Positions 49,720 to 62,987 of a stretch of DNA of 64,000 nucleotides are shown here, one piece after another. The notes beneath the pieces are model-generated. The model saw only the letters and a program-made list of their open reading frames with translations. It did not search any database and had not been told where the DNA came from. This stretch comes from Ginglymostoma cirratum (lineage: Eukaryota). The DNA lies in assembly GCA_024137785.1 (NCBI GenBank), contig JAHRHZ010000218.1, forward strand, positions 34,058,586 through 34,122,585. Reading direction: 5' to 3'. Made by a program: the position numbers and the translations under genes. Positions within the stretch are counted from its first letter, which is position 1; every line of letters starts with the position of its first letter.

Positions 49720-51260
49720 ATTGGGAGGGGTGTAAAAAAAGGCAGATTTTAGAGGTCTGTAAAATAATTGGTCGGGATTTTCAACTTCTTCAATATTAAC
49801 TGGGATATACAAAACGTGAAAGGTTTATAAGCATCATAATTCTTAATGTATATAGAAGAGCCTTATAAGCCTGTATATAAAGAGTCCTACAAAAGATAGG
49901 GCAGCGCTGTGTCTGACACTTTGTAGGACATTAAAACTAGAGCTTGTCCGCTCTGCCTGTTCTACTTTTTCTTCTCTTTCTTTCTTCCTCTCAGTGCTTT
50001 TCTTTTCCTCCTCTTTTTTTCCTCTTCTTCTCCCAGCCTCCTGAGAGCGACCACTCCTGGCCTGTCATGGTGGCCTTCTGCATCAGCCTCCTCCCATAGG
50101 GGCCTCCTGCATGGCGTGTCGCCAGCGCAGTGTGAAGCCAGGGCCTAATGTGATCTGGAAGCTAGGTGCCAATGTGGTCTCCTGTGATGAAGTTTTATTT
50201 CTGTAATGCTGGACGTTTTATTTTCTGTTTGTCTAAATCTTGTAATCAGGTTCTTCTGTTTCTAAGTTGGCACTTTAATTGGCAACATATAAACTTTTCA
50301 CTATACTAATTGAGTATATGTAACAATAAAGGCTATTCTGTTCTTCTATTCTATTCTTCTATTCTGATTTTAGAGAACAAAGTTAGTTGACTGGTGGAAG
50401 TGTCAGTAGAAGAGCGTTTCGGTGATGGTGACCATAATTTTTGCTGTTTAAGGTAGTCATGGAAAAGGACAAGGATGGATCAGAAATAAGGTTCTGAATT
50501 GGGGGTAGTTTGATTTTAACGTAAGACAGGATCTGACTAAACTGAACTGGGAGAATCTACTTATAGGCAAATCTATATTAGCATTGGGAGTCTTTCCAAA
50601 TGGAGGGATGAATGGTAGGCCCATAGGAAGTACAGTTGATCAGAGGAACCTTGATGTAGGAGGTCCTGAAAACAACAAATCAGGTGGTTAAGAAAGATAC
50701 TTAACTTTGAGTCGGAGCACTGAATACAAAAGCAGCAAAGTAATGATGGAGCTATATTGGGCAATAGTTAGGCTGCGGCTGGAGTACTGTGTGCTGTTTT
50801 GGGTGCCTCACAATTGGAAAGATGTGATTTGATCTGAAGAGGTTGCAGAAGAAATTTGCCTGCTGTTCCCTGGGCGTTTCAGCTACAAAGACAGACTGGC
50901 TAGGCAGGGTTGTTTTTGTTTGAGTAGAGAAGGCTGACAGGAGATACGAGTGAGGTAAATAAAACTAGTAGCGGCAAAGGTAGGGTGGAAAAGAAAATTT
51001 TCCCTTTAAAGAAGGGTTAGTAAACAAGGGACATAGATTTTAAGTTTTAAAGGGGATTTAAGCAAGAATTATTCACCGAGAACTCTTTGCCTGAAAGGGT
51101 GGTAGAAGCAGGAGCAATCAGAACATTTTAAGATGTATTTAGATCTTTTGAGATACCATAGCCATGGGCCGAGTGCTGGAAAAATGGGACGACAGTGGAT
51201 AGGTGCTTTATGACTACGTGACTGTATGACATAATGTACTGAAGGGTGTAAAACTCATGA
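49720..51260 (+). mobile_element. Old CR1 remnant with an inserted non-autonomous element (about 49917-50367)
   Basis: Decayed GDFN, DH and LEYCV.FW motifs; the insert is flanked by tctga repeats and ends in (ttcta)n. Confidence 0.65.
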
Positions 51261-51477
51261 CTCTTAAAAAGTATAACGTACTAACCATGCAACATCCAAT
51301 TGAATGCTATCCTTCATTCCCTGCCTTTGTGTTTTAAAAAATAGCTTTATATGTTGCTATCTGTTTCAATGTGTGCCAACTATAAGCTAGCAATAACAGG
51401 ATTTTGCTTTGCCTGTCTTTTAAAACTGCTGTGAATGTTGCTAAATTTGTTCTAATATGAATTTCTTTGTTTTTAAG

Positions 51478-51539
51478 GAGGCGAGGGGAACATTCCACTT
51501 AATATAGCAACTTTATTGAAGACTTCATTAGGATTATAG
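51478..51539 (+). CDS. SMARCAD1: SMARCAD1 last coding exon (GGEGNIPLNIATLLKTSLGL*)
   Basis: tttaag|GA...TTA TAG; matches the conserved SMARCAD1 C-terminus IATLLKTS.GL*. Confidence 0.95.
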
Positions 51540-52361
51540 CATTCAGCTGCCCTTTTTTTACATCCTCCATAAGCATCGTTGGGTTAAGTCAACCAAATTC
51601 TGAGTGCAACACAACTCTGAGAAAGAATATATAATACTGTGTAATGTAATTGGAAGTAGTGAAATTGTCAGTTAACAAACATTACTTCTTTTTGTTGTAT
51701 GCGATGGAATGGGCAATTTTTAATGAAAAGTGTGGGCTCTAGTGTTGTATGAGAATAAAAGAGAATTTGCTATATCAAAGCACCAGAAACAAATTTCCAT
51801 GTATATTAATATTGTATTGCTGTAGTCCCACATTTTAAGCCATAAGCATACTGTACTGAAACAGCGTTAATGGTAAAGTTCTTTACCAGTGATGAAACAT
51901 TGGTACTACAGCATTGCAGTCAGCATTTTCTGTTCTCCTCTTCCTCCTCTAAAGATATATGTATGTTTACAATAATTTTGTCAGACCAGGCAACTTTTTA
52001 TATGCTAATACTGTGAATTCTGTTTTGGCCTCTCTTCCTCAATTAATTGGCTATGATACATTACTCATCAGAATCCTAAACTAAGAAAATGTTCTGAACC
52101 TGTCAGATGCAAAATCTATTTAAAAATCCCTAAGGAGTTAAGAGAGATTTTTCAATTCGTGGTCATTTTTAACATTTCTACGGACTTGTTAATTTCTCCT
52201 CACTTGCGTGTTCTCCCAACAATTGGATTCTCTCTGGTTTCTCAGTTTTGTGTTGCTTTGTGTATTCATAGTAGTAATTACTGTACCATCTCTGAAAAAT
52301 ATTTGTTTTGTTTACTTGACCTGTTATACTGTTACTAGCTTAAAATGAGAAATTAAGTGCA

Positions 52362-52367
52362 AATAAA
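52362..52367 (+). terminator. Candidate distal polyadenylation signal of SMARCAD1 (a proximal AATAAA is at 51754-51759)
   Basis: AATAAA at the end of about 820 nt of TE-free AT-rich sequence after the stop, followed by U-rich tracts. Confidence 0.55.
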
Positions 52368-52649
52368 GATTCTGCTGTTTTGAAATAATAGGTTCTAGTA
52401 CTAAAATTTTTCTTTCCTGTTAGCACTCCTGCTTACTGTCATAAGGTGTGTTTTCTGTTGCTGCTTGTTATTACAAGTTGGAATTCCCTCTAATCCGCTG
52501 ATGGAGAAGTAAGCCATCAATCTCTCACCACTTCAAGAAAAACTTGGCATAGTAAATTGACCTCTTTCTCACTTTGCTCATTTCCAGCCTGAATTGATGC
52601 TATTCTTCAATAATTTCCCAGCAACAGCTGTGTGCTGTTGTTGCCCACA

Positions 52650-54390
52650 GTAGAATCATAATGTGATTACAGCCCTACAGTCTTTTGAGTCTGTGATGGT
52701 TGTCTGCAAGAGCAACTCATCTCGTGCCATTCCCAAGCCCTTTCCATGTAGCCTTATAATTTTTTTTCCTTTCATATGCTTACTGAATTCCCTTTTAAAA
52801 GCCAAAATTGAATCTGCTTCCACCATGCACACAATGCATTTCTAATAACTCACTGCATGCAAAAACATTTCTTTAATGTTACCATTAGATCTGTTGCCAT
52901 TCACTTTAAATTGTTGTCTTCTGGTTCATGACTTTTCTAACAGTGGAAACAATTTCACTATCTGTTCATTCTAGACCCCTCATGATTTTGAACACCTTCA
53001 TTAAATCTCCTTTCAACATTCTTTTCGTCAGGGAGTACAATCCTAACTTTTCCAATCTGTCCACATAACTGAAGTCACTTATCCCTGGAATAACTCTCAA
53101 ACCTTTTGCTCTCTGAAGCCTTAAGTATGGTGTTTGGAATTGGACACTGTTTGGCCCTCAACTGGAATACAATGTCTTACAAAAGCTCATCATAATTTTA
53201 TTACTTTAGTACATCAACTTCCATTTATGAAGCCCAAGATCCCATTTGCCATTTATACCATATTTTCAACCGGTAGGCTGCATGATTTGTGAACATTTAT
53301 ACTCCCCACTGTTGCACGCACTTTACAATTATATCCTTTAGATTATATTGCTTCTTCTCATTCCTCTGACAAAATGCCACTTCACACATCTCTGCATTAA
53401 CATTCACTCATTCCACCAACCTGTTTATGCTCTCTTGAAGTCTGTCAATATACACAACATCATACGACTGATTTTTATAAATTCTGTAAATTTTAAACTG
53501 TGCACTGTGCGCCCAAGTCTAAATTATTAATACTGTATATATAAAGGAAACAGTGGTCCTAATACTGACCTCTTGAGAAATCTGTAACATTTGTGGAAAG
53601 AGAACAACAGTTAACGGTTTGAGTTTGGTATGACTCTTCAGAACTGCAAGATATTGGAAAATGTTTTTTATACTTTTAATAGACATGGAGGAGAAGCACG
53701 AGGGCAGATGGTGTAGACGTCCAGTGCAAATTCCAGATAAAGGGGTTCTTAACAGTGGTGAGAAAGAGGTGTAAAATAGATGTAAATTATGATGTGAAGA
53801 CGAGAGAATGAGTCTTCTCAACGTTGTTTTTGTCAGAGTACCACTGACAAACCAATGGAAATCACTACCAGAGTATACTGTGGAGGCAAAGTTGCTGAAT
53901 ATATTTAAGAAAGAAACAGATTCTAAAGCTAAAATTGACAGTCCCACTTTCCACTGCTTAGGGGTGACCTTAGAGGTTTATAAAATTATGAGGGGCATAG
54001 ATTAAGTGAATAGCCAATGTCTTTTCTCCAGGGTAGTGGTGTCCAAAACTAGAGGACATTGATTTAAGGTGAGAGGGGAAACATTTAAAAGGGACTTGAA
54101 GGGCAACTTTTTCACGCAGTGGATGGTGCATTTATGGAATGTGTTGTTGGAGAAAGTGGCAGAGACTGGTACAATTAGAACATTTTAAGAGAAATTTGGA
54201 CAGGTACGTCCAAAGGAAAAGGAAAGGTTCAGAGGCATATGGGCCAAACACAGCAAGTGGGACTAGTTTAGTTTAGGAAGCCTGGATAGCCGAGACAAGT
54301 TGGGCTGAAGTTCCATGCTGTTTGACTCTTATCACGTTGAATGACAGAGTGGGCTTGATGGACTGACTCCTTCTGTTTTCAATGTTTCTA
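52650..54390. mobile_element. Cluster of CR1 fragments (about 52650-53570 on -, 53830-54390 on +) and a PLE pLTR fragment (about 53570-53650, -)
   Basis: CR1 3' signatures and decayed EVYKIMRGID motif; - strand ttctgaagagtca...aaaccgttaac unit. Confidence 0.68.
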
Positions 54391-56859
54391 AATAGAAGGA
54401 TGCAAAGCATACGTTTAGCATCTCAGCAAAGTCATCCAGCTCGATATTTTGATCTCTATGATCCCTAATTGGCCCCATCTCCTTTTTTATCCTTTTGCTA
54501 TTTCTAGGTCAAGAGATTTCGGCAAGATGGCAGGGTAAGTGGCTCCATTCGGAGTTCTGCTCTGCTCGCCAATTCTGTTTCTCTTTCTTTGTTCTTTCTT
54601 TTTTCTCCCTTCTTCTCTGTCCCTCTAGTAGTTCTATTTGTCCTACCACCACCCCTTTTAACTACCTACCGAAGTTCCTGGTCGCGATCCAGCTCCTATG
54701 TCGCAGGAGCTGAATGTGAGGGTCGTATCCTGTAACAACGACGGCGGATTGAGAGTAGGCCAGCGAGAGCAAGCCAGTGAGGCAGCCCAGAGCAGGATGC
54801 TGATGGCAGCATGGTGTGGGCTAGAAAGCCTGGAGCAGCGGGACTGTGGCAATGGAAAGGAAAGTTGGACTCTCAAGTTATTTTATTTTTATTATAAGTT
54901 AATGTGAATGGACATTGTACGTATGGCAAAGGTACTCACTTTTCACTGTATTTTTGCATTGAATACATGTGACAATAGATGATTCATTTAAATTTTAATA
55001 TTAAATTCATTTTCATACCATCTTGTGTCTTATTTTCTTCTCACTTTCTTAACTTTCTATGTTCAGTCATGTTTGTTCTTGTGTTATGAGTTGAAGTCCG
55101 TCTATAGCGTCCTTTTAATCCCTTCATCTCTTGTAGGTTCTTCAGTGACTATTTAGAGTCCTCGTCACAGGTTACTACATACCTTGTTTTGTCTTTGTGA
55201 ATAAACTTGACAGTTCAGAAATGAGAAATATAGCTTTTCAGGACCAGTGAGCAATGATTACAAAGTTAGTCATTTGAAAGCCATTCAACAATGTGTGGCT
55301 TTTGCAAGGGTTCTTACGTCAAGGCAAATTGCATAGAAATGGAAGTTTTTGTTAAATCATTATTGCAATTTAATTGCAGATTGTATCTCTGAAGCAAAGC
55401 TTTTGAGGAGGGCAGACCAATTGATAGTATCTTGTGCATATGGAGTCTGAAAGTTGCTGACAGCTTCAATGATGGTGGTGGTGAACAGACAATTTTGCTG
55501 TAATTACCACTAAAACTCCAGTCCATTCACAACTTTTTAAAAAAAACATGAGTGGTCTTCATTCTCTAAAGACTGACTTTTTTTCTTTCAGACATTAAAT
55601 TCCTTGGATGAAGATGCATATTTAAATTTAGCAGTGTTTGTTAGAGGTGGTGGCATAACATTGTTTTAGCAGAAAATGATTTAATGCAGTCATTGGTAAA
55701 TTTTCTTTGTGAACACTTTAAATATCCCCTGCTGTTTATTCAGGCACATTATCAAAAAAAAACTATTTTATCAATAAATACACATGAATATTAAAATGCA
55801 TACAGAAGTATTCTCTTTATTTATCAGAAGTACAACTAGGCACGTCAGACTTCCCAATTATTCATTGCAGCTAATGTATTACACAGCATTACTCTATGCT
55901 GAAGAACACGAAGTATGAAGAAAGAGCAGAGCAGTTTAATCACTTTTTGCTTAAATTGTAGAGGTTAAGGTCACTGAAGTGTTTTGTTTTTATAGGGAGT
56001 ATCTGAGGCAGACACAGTTATTCCTTTAAATGATTTTTTACTTGAGGCTGAGGAAAAGAACAAGAAATTGGGATTTATTTTGAATTGCTCTTACTCTTTC
56101 ATTATTCATAACAACTCTCCCAAATTGGATACTTCTGCATTTTAATGACACTCCAGCAAACTCCAAATTTTGGGGCTTTTGAATCATATTCTCTTTTATC
56201 CCCCCATCATTTAATGTTTTTAGTTGGTCCTAACATCATATTTACATGCCCTTGACATTTTCCCATCTCCTTGATAACATTTGATCTCAATTAATTTCAG
56301 CTAATCCTTCTGATTCTACTGGAGCTTTATTAACACTGTTCTCTTTGTCTTGTCCTAAACCCTTAATCTGCCCCCACCATTTAGTTTTGATGGTATACCC
56401 TCCCTACTATCACCAATTGATTCCTTTTGTTTCATTATTTCCTTCCAATTATTCCAGAACTCACTTTGATGATCTAATAATGGGAGCCCTTCCTCCTTTG
56501 ACTTGCCACACAGCAATATATTAATACCCACCACTGCTCCTAACTCTCACTGCCAGTACCGGGCTAGAAAAAGACCATCACCCTTCAGCTCATTAGATTC
56601 TTCTCTAAATCAACCTCACACCTGATTCTTTAAACTCCCTCTAAGAATTTAAGACACTATTTTTTACAATATTTGTTTCAAACAACTCTTGGCTGCTCTC
56701 CTTCCACTCCCAGATATTTCCTGGTCTGTTTCATAAAAACCGGTTAGTCTTACTCTGGGTAGGCAGTACACCGTTCGCAACTTCTTGTTTTGAATGGGGT
56801 CAAAAGTCCCGACAAGGTTGGTCCTGTTTCACCCAAAGATACTCCTAACCACCCTAGAA

Positions 56860-57090
56860 GCAATGAACTGCAGATGCCGGAATTCAGTTCTGATGAAGAG
56901 TCACTGGACTCAACCTTCGCTCTGCTTTCTCTCCACAGATACTACCAGACCTGCCCTCCTGAGTTTTTCCCCAACAATTTCTGTTTTGTTTCTCACCAAA
57001 CTATTCTGGCACAGCTTTGGAGCAGGTGGGACTTGAAGCTAGGCTGTCTGATCCAGAGGTAGGGGTACTGCCATTGCACCACAAGAGCCC
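56860..57090. mobile_element. PLE pLTR fragment (+, degenerate hammerhead at 56890) adjacent to a tRNA-derived SINE head (-)
   Basis: CTGATGAagagtcactggactc without the GAAA box; the - strand has tggtgcaatgg...ttcaagtccc box-like motifs. Confidence 0.6.
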
Positions 57091-57701
57091 TCTCAGTTTC
57101 ACTCAAACCATTACAGCAATGATTAAAGCCAAATGCTAATGTATTAATACAAGGACAGCAGAAGGCCATTCGACTCCTTTGAGCCTGTATTGGCATTTGA
57201 TGAGATCATGACTGATCTTTGCCTTCATTTACATAACTTGGTTCCACATCCCTAGTCACATCGTTAAGCAAAGTTTATCCACCTCTGTTCTGGCACTTCC
57301 AACTATTCCTTGTCCTCGACTTCAGGATATTTTGGGGAGAGATTTCTACTGCCCTTGTGTGAAGGACATCCTTCCTGATATAACCCAGATGGCTTAGCTC
57401 TAACTTGAAGCATACGCCCCTTGATGTCTTGCTTCTTATCCTATCACAGACTATAATTATTAAACATTTCTACTCAAATCACCTTTTAACCCTCTCGACT
57501 TGAGAATACAAGCTTAATCCATGCAGCCTGTCCATGTCAAAAGGTTAATAAATGAGGAACTTAGGAATTTATAGATTTGTAATCTATAACAATCATTGCA
57601 GAACCAGGACTCTTATTGGAAATAATGCTTAAAGAATTAAACCATTGTAGAAAATAAGGTTTCATTTCATGTACTAGGCATTTTAAGTGAAAGATGTAAT
57701 T

Positions 57702-57866
57702 TTACAATGGAGTTTTTGGTCTCCGTTCTATCCAGGCTGCGATTTTAGGAAGAGCTTCCACACGTTCTTTCAAAGCTAATAGTTTGGGATAGTTGTGCAA
57801 GATATCAACATTTAGATTAGTGAGGGTGATGGAACAGACAGCCCAGTGAAAATCAGCCCAGGTAAC
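57702..57866 (-). CDS. HPGDS: HPGDS last coding exon (VTWADFHWAVCS...AWIERRPKTPL*)
   Basis: ttcag|GTT...TTG TAA; 165 nt; GST N-cap motif TWADF and C-terminal WI.RRP.T.L. Confidence 0.95.
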   Translation of the reverse strand, partial: VTWADFHWAVCSITLTNLNVDILHNYPKLLALKERVEALPKIAAWIERRPKTPL

Positions 57867-58877
57867 CTGAAAGTAAAGATAAGTATATTAATAATTTTGC
57901 AAAATGGCAATTTGAGTTCAATACAGACAGTTGTTACTGTGTGCAGAGAGTTTGAACAGAAAAATATCACCACTGTGCATTGTCTATTCCTTATGCTCAT
58001 TATTTTAATATTTAACTGGTTCGGTTCCCTCCTTTAATGACCATTATTTCCTCTTCTCATCTTGCAAAGAAATTGACCACTATTAATTTCTCAGATACTA
58101 GTCACTGATGCAGTTGTTCATGGGAATCTACAGTTCTTCTAGATTTCCATTCTAGTAATCACATGATAACATCACTTTGGACCTGATGATTAATCATAGC
58201 AAGCAATTTGTCAATTAAACTGCAACAGATGAGGCAATAGAAATCTCAGTGATGGGGTACCCTTGGGGAACACAGATCTCCCAAGCACATTATAATTACT
58301 ACACGCTGTGTGTCTTAGTTATTCATATGTTCCAGACAAAGATGCTTGAATCTAGATATTTGAATATTGTTAGATTACTCAGTGGCAGTGAGACATCATA
58401 GCCTGTCCCAATCTTCTGACTTTCACATCCGGACAATTCAAACAACGGCAATTTGATACCTCAAAATCAAATAAGGCTTTATGCCTTACTGTCCCAGGGA
58501 ATCTGAGTCCAATCAGAGCTTCTTTCCCAACTCTCACATTGTTGAACATTTTGTTCTCAGTTAACAGGGTGAAATCTGGAACCCTCCTAATCAGTGTAGC
58601 TAATTGAACCGATTAAATAAGGCACGGGGAAGGAAGCAACAGTGAAATGGTTCTGTTCACTGAAATTTCCCTTGTTTCTAATGCAATTACAGGCAAGAAA
58701 AGATTTTCCCACTGGAGAAAGTGGCTGTGACTTCCTGATCAACAGCCTCAATGGGTGAGACTCCAAGACAGAAGTGACCATTCAGTCACTCTGGTTGGTC
58801 TCTATTGTGAATCTCCTAGGCGTGAATTATATTCATATTATTATACTTCATAATAAGCTTCAATAAATTATACTCAC

Positions 58878-58976
58878 TGAATCACCAACAAACCACATTC
58901 GATCTCCCAAGAGCTTACTCAAACCGTCCAGAAACAAAGGGATGTTATTGGCAAAAACATCTTCTGTTATCTTTTG
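58878..58976 (-). CDS. HPGDS: HPGDS exon (QKITEDVFANNIPLFLDGLSKLLGDRMWFVGDS)
   Basis: tacag|CAA...TCA|gtgagt; 99 nt, phase 0 to 0. Confidence 0.92.
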
Positions 58977-59849
58977 CTGTAAAAGAACGTCATTATATGA
59001 TACAGATGAATCAACTCAGGGTCTGTAATTAGAAATAGTTTGATGCAAGCATTTCCTCTGCTACCTTTGTAAAGGAGATGGTGTGGAATCAGAAGGTTAG
59101 TTAAGAGTCAAATGGAATGGTAAGGTTAAAAAGAAATCAACCAGCTTCATTCTGAGATAATGCCAAAAGAACAGAATGGAGTGATGATAGACTAGTGGGA
59201 GATGCAAAAAACTAGGAACCACGAAAATAAGGCAGTCACAAATAAATCTAGAAAGGATCCAGCAGAAATGTCTTTACTCAAAATAGTAAAATAGTGAAAG
59301 GAAGAGCACAGATACATTGGAAAATAATTTGGTTTTGTGCTTGGGGTAGAAGTTAATAGAAGGACACATTAATGGGATGAGACGAAAAGGGTTCATGGGG
59401 AACATAAACACTGCAGCAGATCAGTAGGCTGAGTGGCCCTTGCCGCAAATTCTGTCTAAAATCATTGGATTCTAAATATACTCATCTTTATTTGGGAAAT
59501 TGCAGCATTGCAACAAGAACGTTGTCATAACATGTCCAGTACAGTCACAATTCACTACCACCGTCCTCCACCTTGTTTATTTACATTGAACAATCTCCTT
59601 TAACTTGTCTTACCTTTTCCAAATAACGTGCAACTATCAGTACCCCAATGGGCCCTAGTCATGCCAGTCTTTTTGCCAAGTATGTCTCAGCACTTGACAG
59701 CCTTCTGCACTCAACATTGACTTTAACTTTAACCCATTAAGTTTGTCCTTTATTTTGATACCACGCTTCTTGCCCTGTTTGTGTGTCTTGTTTTCATGGT
59801 CTTGCTTTAAGTCACAGTTCATCTTTATTCTGCCATTAACACCCACAGT

Positions 59850-60990
59850 AGAAAAATGAGGGGGAAATTTTTTTATAGAAATCTATAAAATTCAGACAGG
59901 ATAGATACAGGAAAGGCGTTCTCTATAACTACGGAGCCCAGAACCAGGGGTCACAGTCTAAAGATATGGGGTATTATTGCAGAGATGGGGAGAAATTTCT
60001 TCATTCAGAGAGAGTGATGAGCCTGTCGAATTCTGTGCCACAGAAAGCAGTTGATTGACACATACTTTGGATCTAAGCCTTGTCTACTCCACAGCCATTA
60101 CCATTCCCTTTATCTTCTGTGATACCCTTGATCTCATATCTCCCTTAACATTTCCCTGCCCTGCCTGTCTGTTCCACTTGCTGTCACCCTTCCAAAGGTG
60201 TAAAACCCATATAATTTCTTCAGAACTTAATAGCAGTAGAAAAGTTGTTACACTTGAAACATTGACTCTGTTTCTGTCTCCACAGATGCTGCCAGACTTG
60301 CTGAGATTCACTAGTATTTAGTTCTTAATTACTACAAATTTCCATGACAATGCTTCCTGCCAGTCTCAGCACCTTACAGCAGTGATACACACAAACTCTC
60401 GAAAAAAATGCTCTCTAATTGCAAAAGTGGGAGGCTAGAACAGTTCGACATCCAGAAGCTCTGAACAAACTACATTGAAATGTCTTATGTCTTCAAACAA
60501 TAAATCTTCTAATTTTTTAATCTCCTGATTGCAGAGTTGAGAGGGTTGGATTAAGAGGAGAGACTGAGTAGACTGGGATTATACTCATTGGAATTCAGAA
60601 GAATGAGGGGAGATTTTAAAAAAATAAGATTATGAAGAAAATAGACAAGGTGGAGGCAGGGAGGTTGTTTCCGCTAGCAGGTGAAACTAGGACTAAAGGG
60701 CATTGCCTCAAAATAAAGGGAAGCAGATGTAGGACTGACATCAGGAGGAACTTCTTCACAGGTTGTGAATCTGTGGAATTCCCTGCCCAGTGAAGCAGTT
60801 GAAGCTACCTCGCTGAATGTTTTTAAGGCAAGGCTAGATAAATTTTTGAACAGTAAAGGAATTAAGGGTTATGGTGAGTGGGCGGGTAAGTGGAGCTGAG
60901 TCTCAAAAAAGATCAGCCATGATCTTATTAAATAGCGGGGCAGGCTTGAGGGGCCGGGTGGCCTACTCCTGCTCCTAGTTCCTATGCTCT
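59850..60990 (+). mobile_element. CR1 3' fragments (about 59850-60055 and 60535-60990) with a PLE terminal fragment (about 60055-60325)
   Basis: CR1 C-terminal motifs and the 3' end gcctactcctgctcctagttcctatg; PLE tctccacagatgctgccagac unit. Confidence 0.72.
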
Positions 60991-61042
60991 AGGCCATTCC
61001 TTCACATCAAATCCTGCTCAAGCCAATATTTTGAAAGTAGGG

Positions 61043-61712
61043 AACACAGTGTGGAGCTGGAGGAACACAGCGGGCCAGGCAGCATCAGAGGAGCAGGAAA
61101 GTTGGCGTTTTGGGTGGGGACCCTTCTTCAGAAGGGTCCCAAACCCAAACGTCAACTTTGCTGCTTCTCTGATGCTGCCCAGCCTGCTGTGTTCTTCCAG
61201 CTCCATACTGTGTTGNNNNNNNNNNNNNNNNNNNNNNNNNNNNNNNNNNNNNNNNNNNNNNNNNNNNNNNNNNNNNNNNNNNNNNNNNNNNNNNNNNNNN
61301 NNNNNNNNNNNNNNNNNNNNNNNNNNNNNNNNNNNNNNNNNNNNNNNNNNNNNNNNNNNNNNNNNNNNNNNNNNNNNNNNNNNNNNNNNNNNNNNNNNNN
61401 NNNNNNNNNNNNNNNNNNNNNNNNNNNNNNNNNNNNNNNNNNNNNNNNNNNNNNNNNNNNNNNNNNNNNNNNNNNNNNNNNNNNNNNNNNNNNNNNNNNN
61501 NNNNNNNNNNNNNNNNNNNNNNNNNNNNNNNNNNNNNNNNNNNNNNNNNNNNNNNNNNNNNNNNNNNNNNNNNNNNNNNNNNNNNNNNNNNNNNNNNNNN
61601 NNNNNNNNNNNNNNNAACTTTCCTGCTCCTCTAATGCTGCCTGGCCCGCTGTGTTCCTCCAGCTCCATACTGCGTTACCTCTGACTCCAGCATCTGCAGT
61701 TCTTACCATCTC
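61043..61712. mobile_element. Palindromic Penelope-like pLTR element with about 15-bp TSD; contains an assembly gap
   Basis: 61043-61214 is an imperfect hairpin; flanks attttgaaagtaggg (61028-61042) and attttgaaaataggg (61713-61727). Confidence 0.82.
61216..61615. other. Assembly gap (400 N)
   Basis: Run of N. Confidence 1.
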
Positions 61713-62087
61713 ATTTTGAAAATAGGGTTGTGAGCACTGAGGCTAAATCATTATAAGAATGATACTGCCTCATTGTGAAATATTCATTTTAAATAGTTGA
61801 TATGAAATTGGCTGCCTTCTGCTGAGATGCAACAGGTTAAGATTTCAGCACAGATAAAGGAAGGTGAACACATCACTTTCTGATACAGGAAAATGGCAGT
61901 CTACTTTTTATATAGTGTACAGAGTGTTTCACACACTCAGTGTCCCCACGTTGCTTTACAGCAAATGACGTATTATGGAAGTCACTGTTGCAATGTAGGA
62001 ACCATGGCAGCTAACTCGGTCACACATAGCTCCCACAAACAGAAATGTGGTGCATGCATACAAACAAACATATGTGTCTATATATAG

Positions 62088-62835
62088 TTAGGAGTAGGAA
62101 TAGGCCATTTGGCCCCCTCAAGCCTGCTCTCTATTCAATAAGATCCTGGTGGATCTGATTGAAACCTGAACCTAACTGTGCACCCCCCCACCAGCCCCCC
62201 CCACCCCCACTCAAAACCTGATAACTTTAAAACCCTCTTACTTGCCAATAATCAATCGATCTCAGCTTCAACAATACTGAAAGACGCTGCTTCTGCCACC
62301 TGTTCGAGGGGTGTGTTCTAAATACTTAAGATCCTCTGCGAGAAAATCATTTCTCCTCATACCAGTCTTAAATGGATGACCTCTAATTTTTAAAACATAA
62401 CCTTTTAGTTCTGGGTTCTCCTACGAGAATAAACATCCTTTCCACATCTGCCCTGTCAAGAACCCTCTTACGTGTTTCAATCAAGCTGCATCATACCCTT
62501 CTAAACGCCTGACAATACCAGCACCCTATCCAACCTTTCCTCATAAACAAAATGCCAATTCCATGATATTCATCTAGTAAACCCTTTCTGAGCTTCCAGA
62601 AATGCATTTGCATCTTTCCTTAAATAAGGTGAAATAGGGTAAAGTAGTGTGCGCAGTACTCCAGAAGAGGTCTCACCAGAGCCTTGTATAACAGTAGCAT
62701 AACCTCCCTTTTGCATATTCAATTCACCTTGTGGTAAATGCTATAATTCTGTCAGTTTTCCTAATTACTCACTGTACCTGTATACGGTGGTTCATGCAGT
62801 AGGACACTCAAATCTCTTCATCTCAGAGCTCTGCA
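62088..62835 (-). mobile_element. Old CR1 3' fragment in HPGDS intron
   Basis: aggagtaggaataggccatttggcccc 3' signature and decayed RT C-terminus. Confidence 0.7.
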
Positions 62836-62987
62836 ATAACTGCTGGCCTAGCTAATGACTATCAATCTGGACAAAGATCCCAAGTCCCTGGAAAGAGACT
62901 TGGACCCACAGCTAACACCCTAAAGGCAGATTTTTAAGTCAACCGTCAGTGTGGCTACATCTCACAACATTTGAAATTTAATCATAC

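Noticed and set aside
56890-56920. Functional hammerheads in the other pLTR copies (about 850, 12510, 20663, 21260, 43270, 56890, 61120)
   Set aside because: Each has substitutions or deletions in the CUGAnGA box, the GAAA box, stem II or the stem III/cleavage segment, so they are treated as relics.
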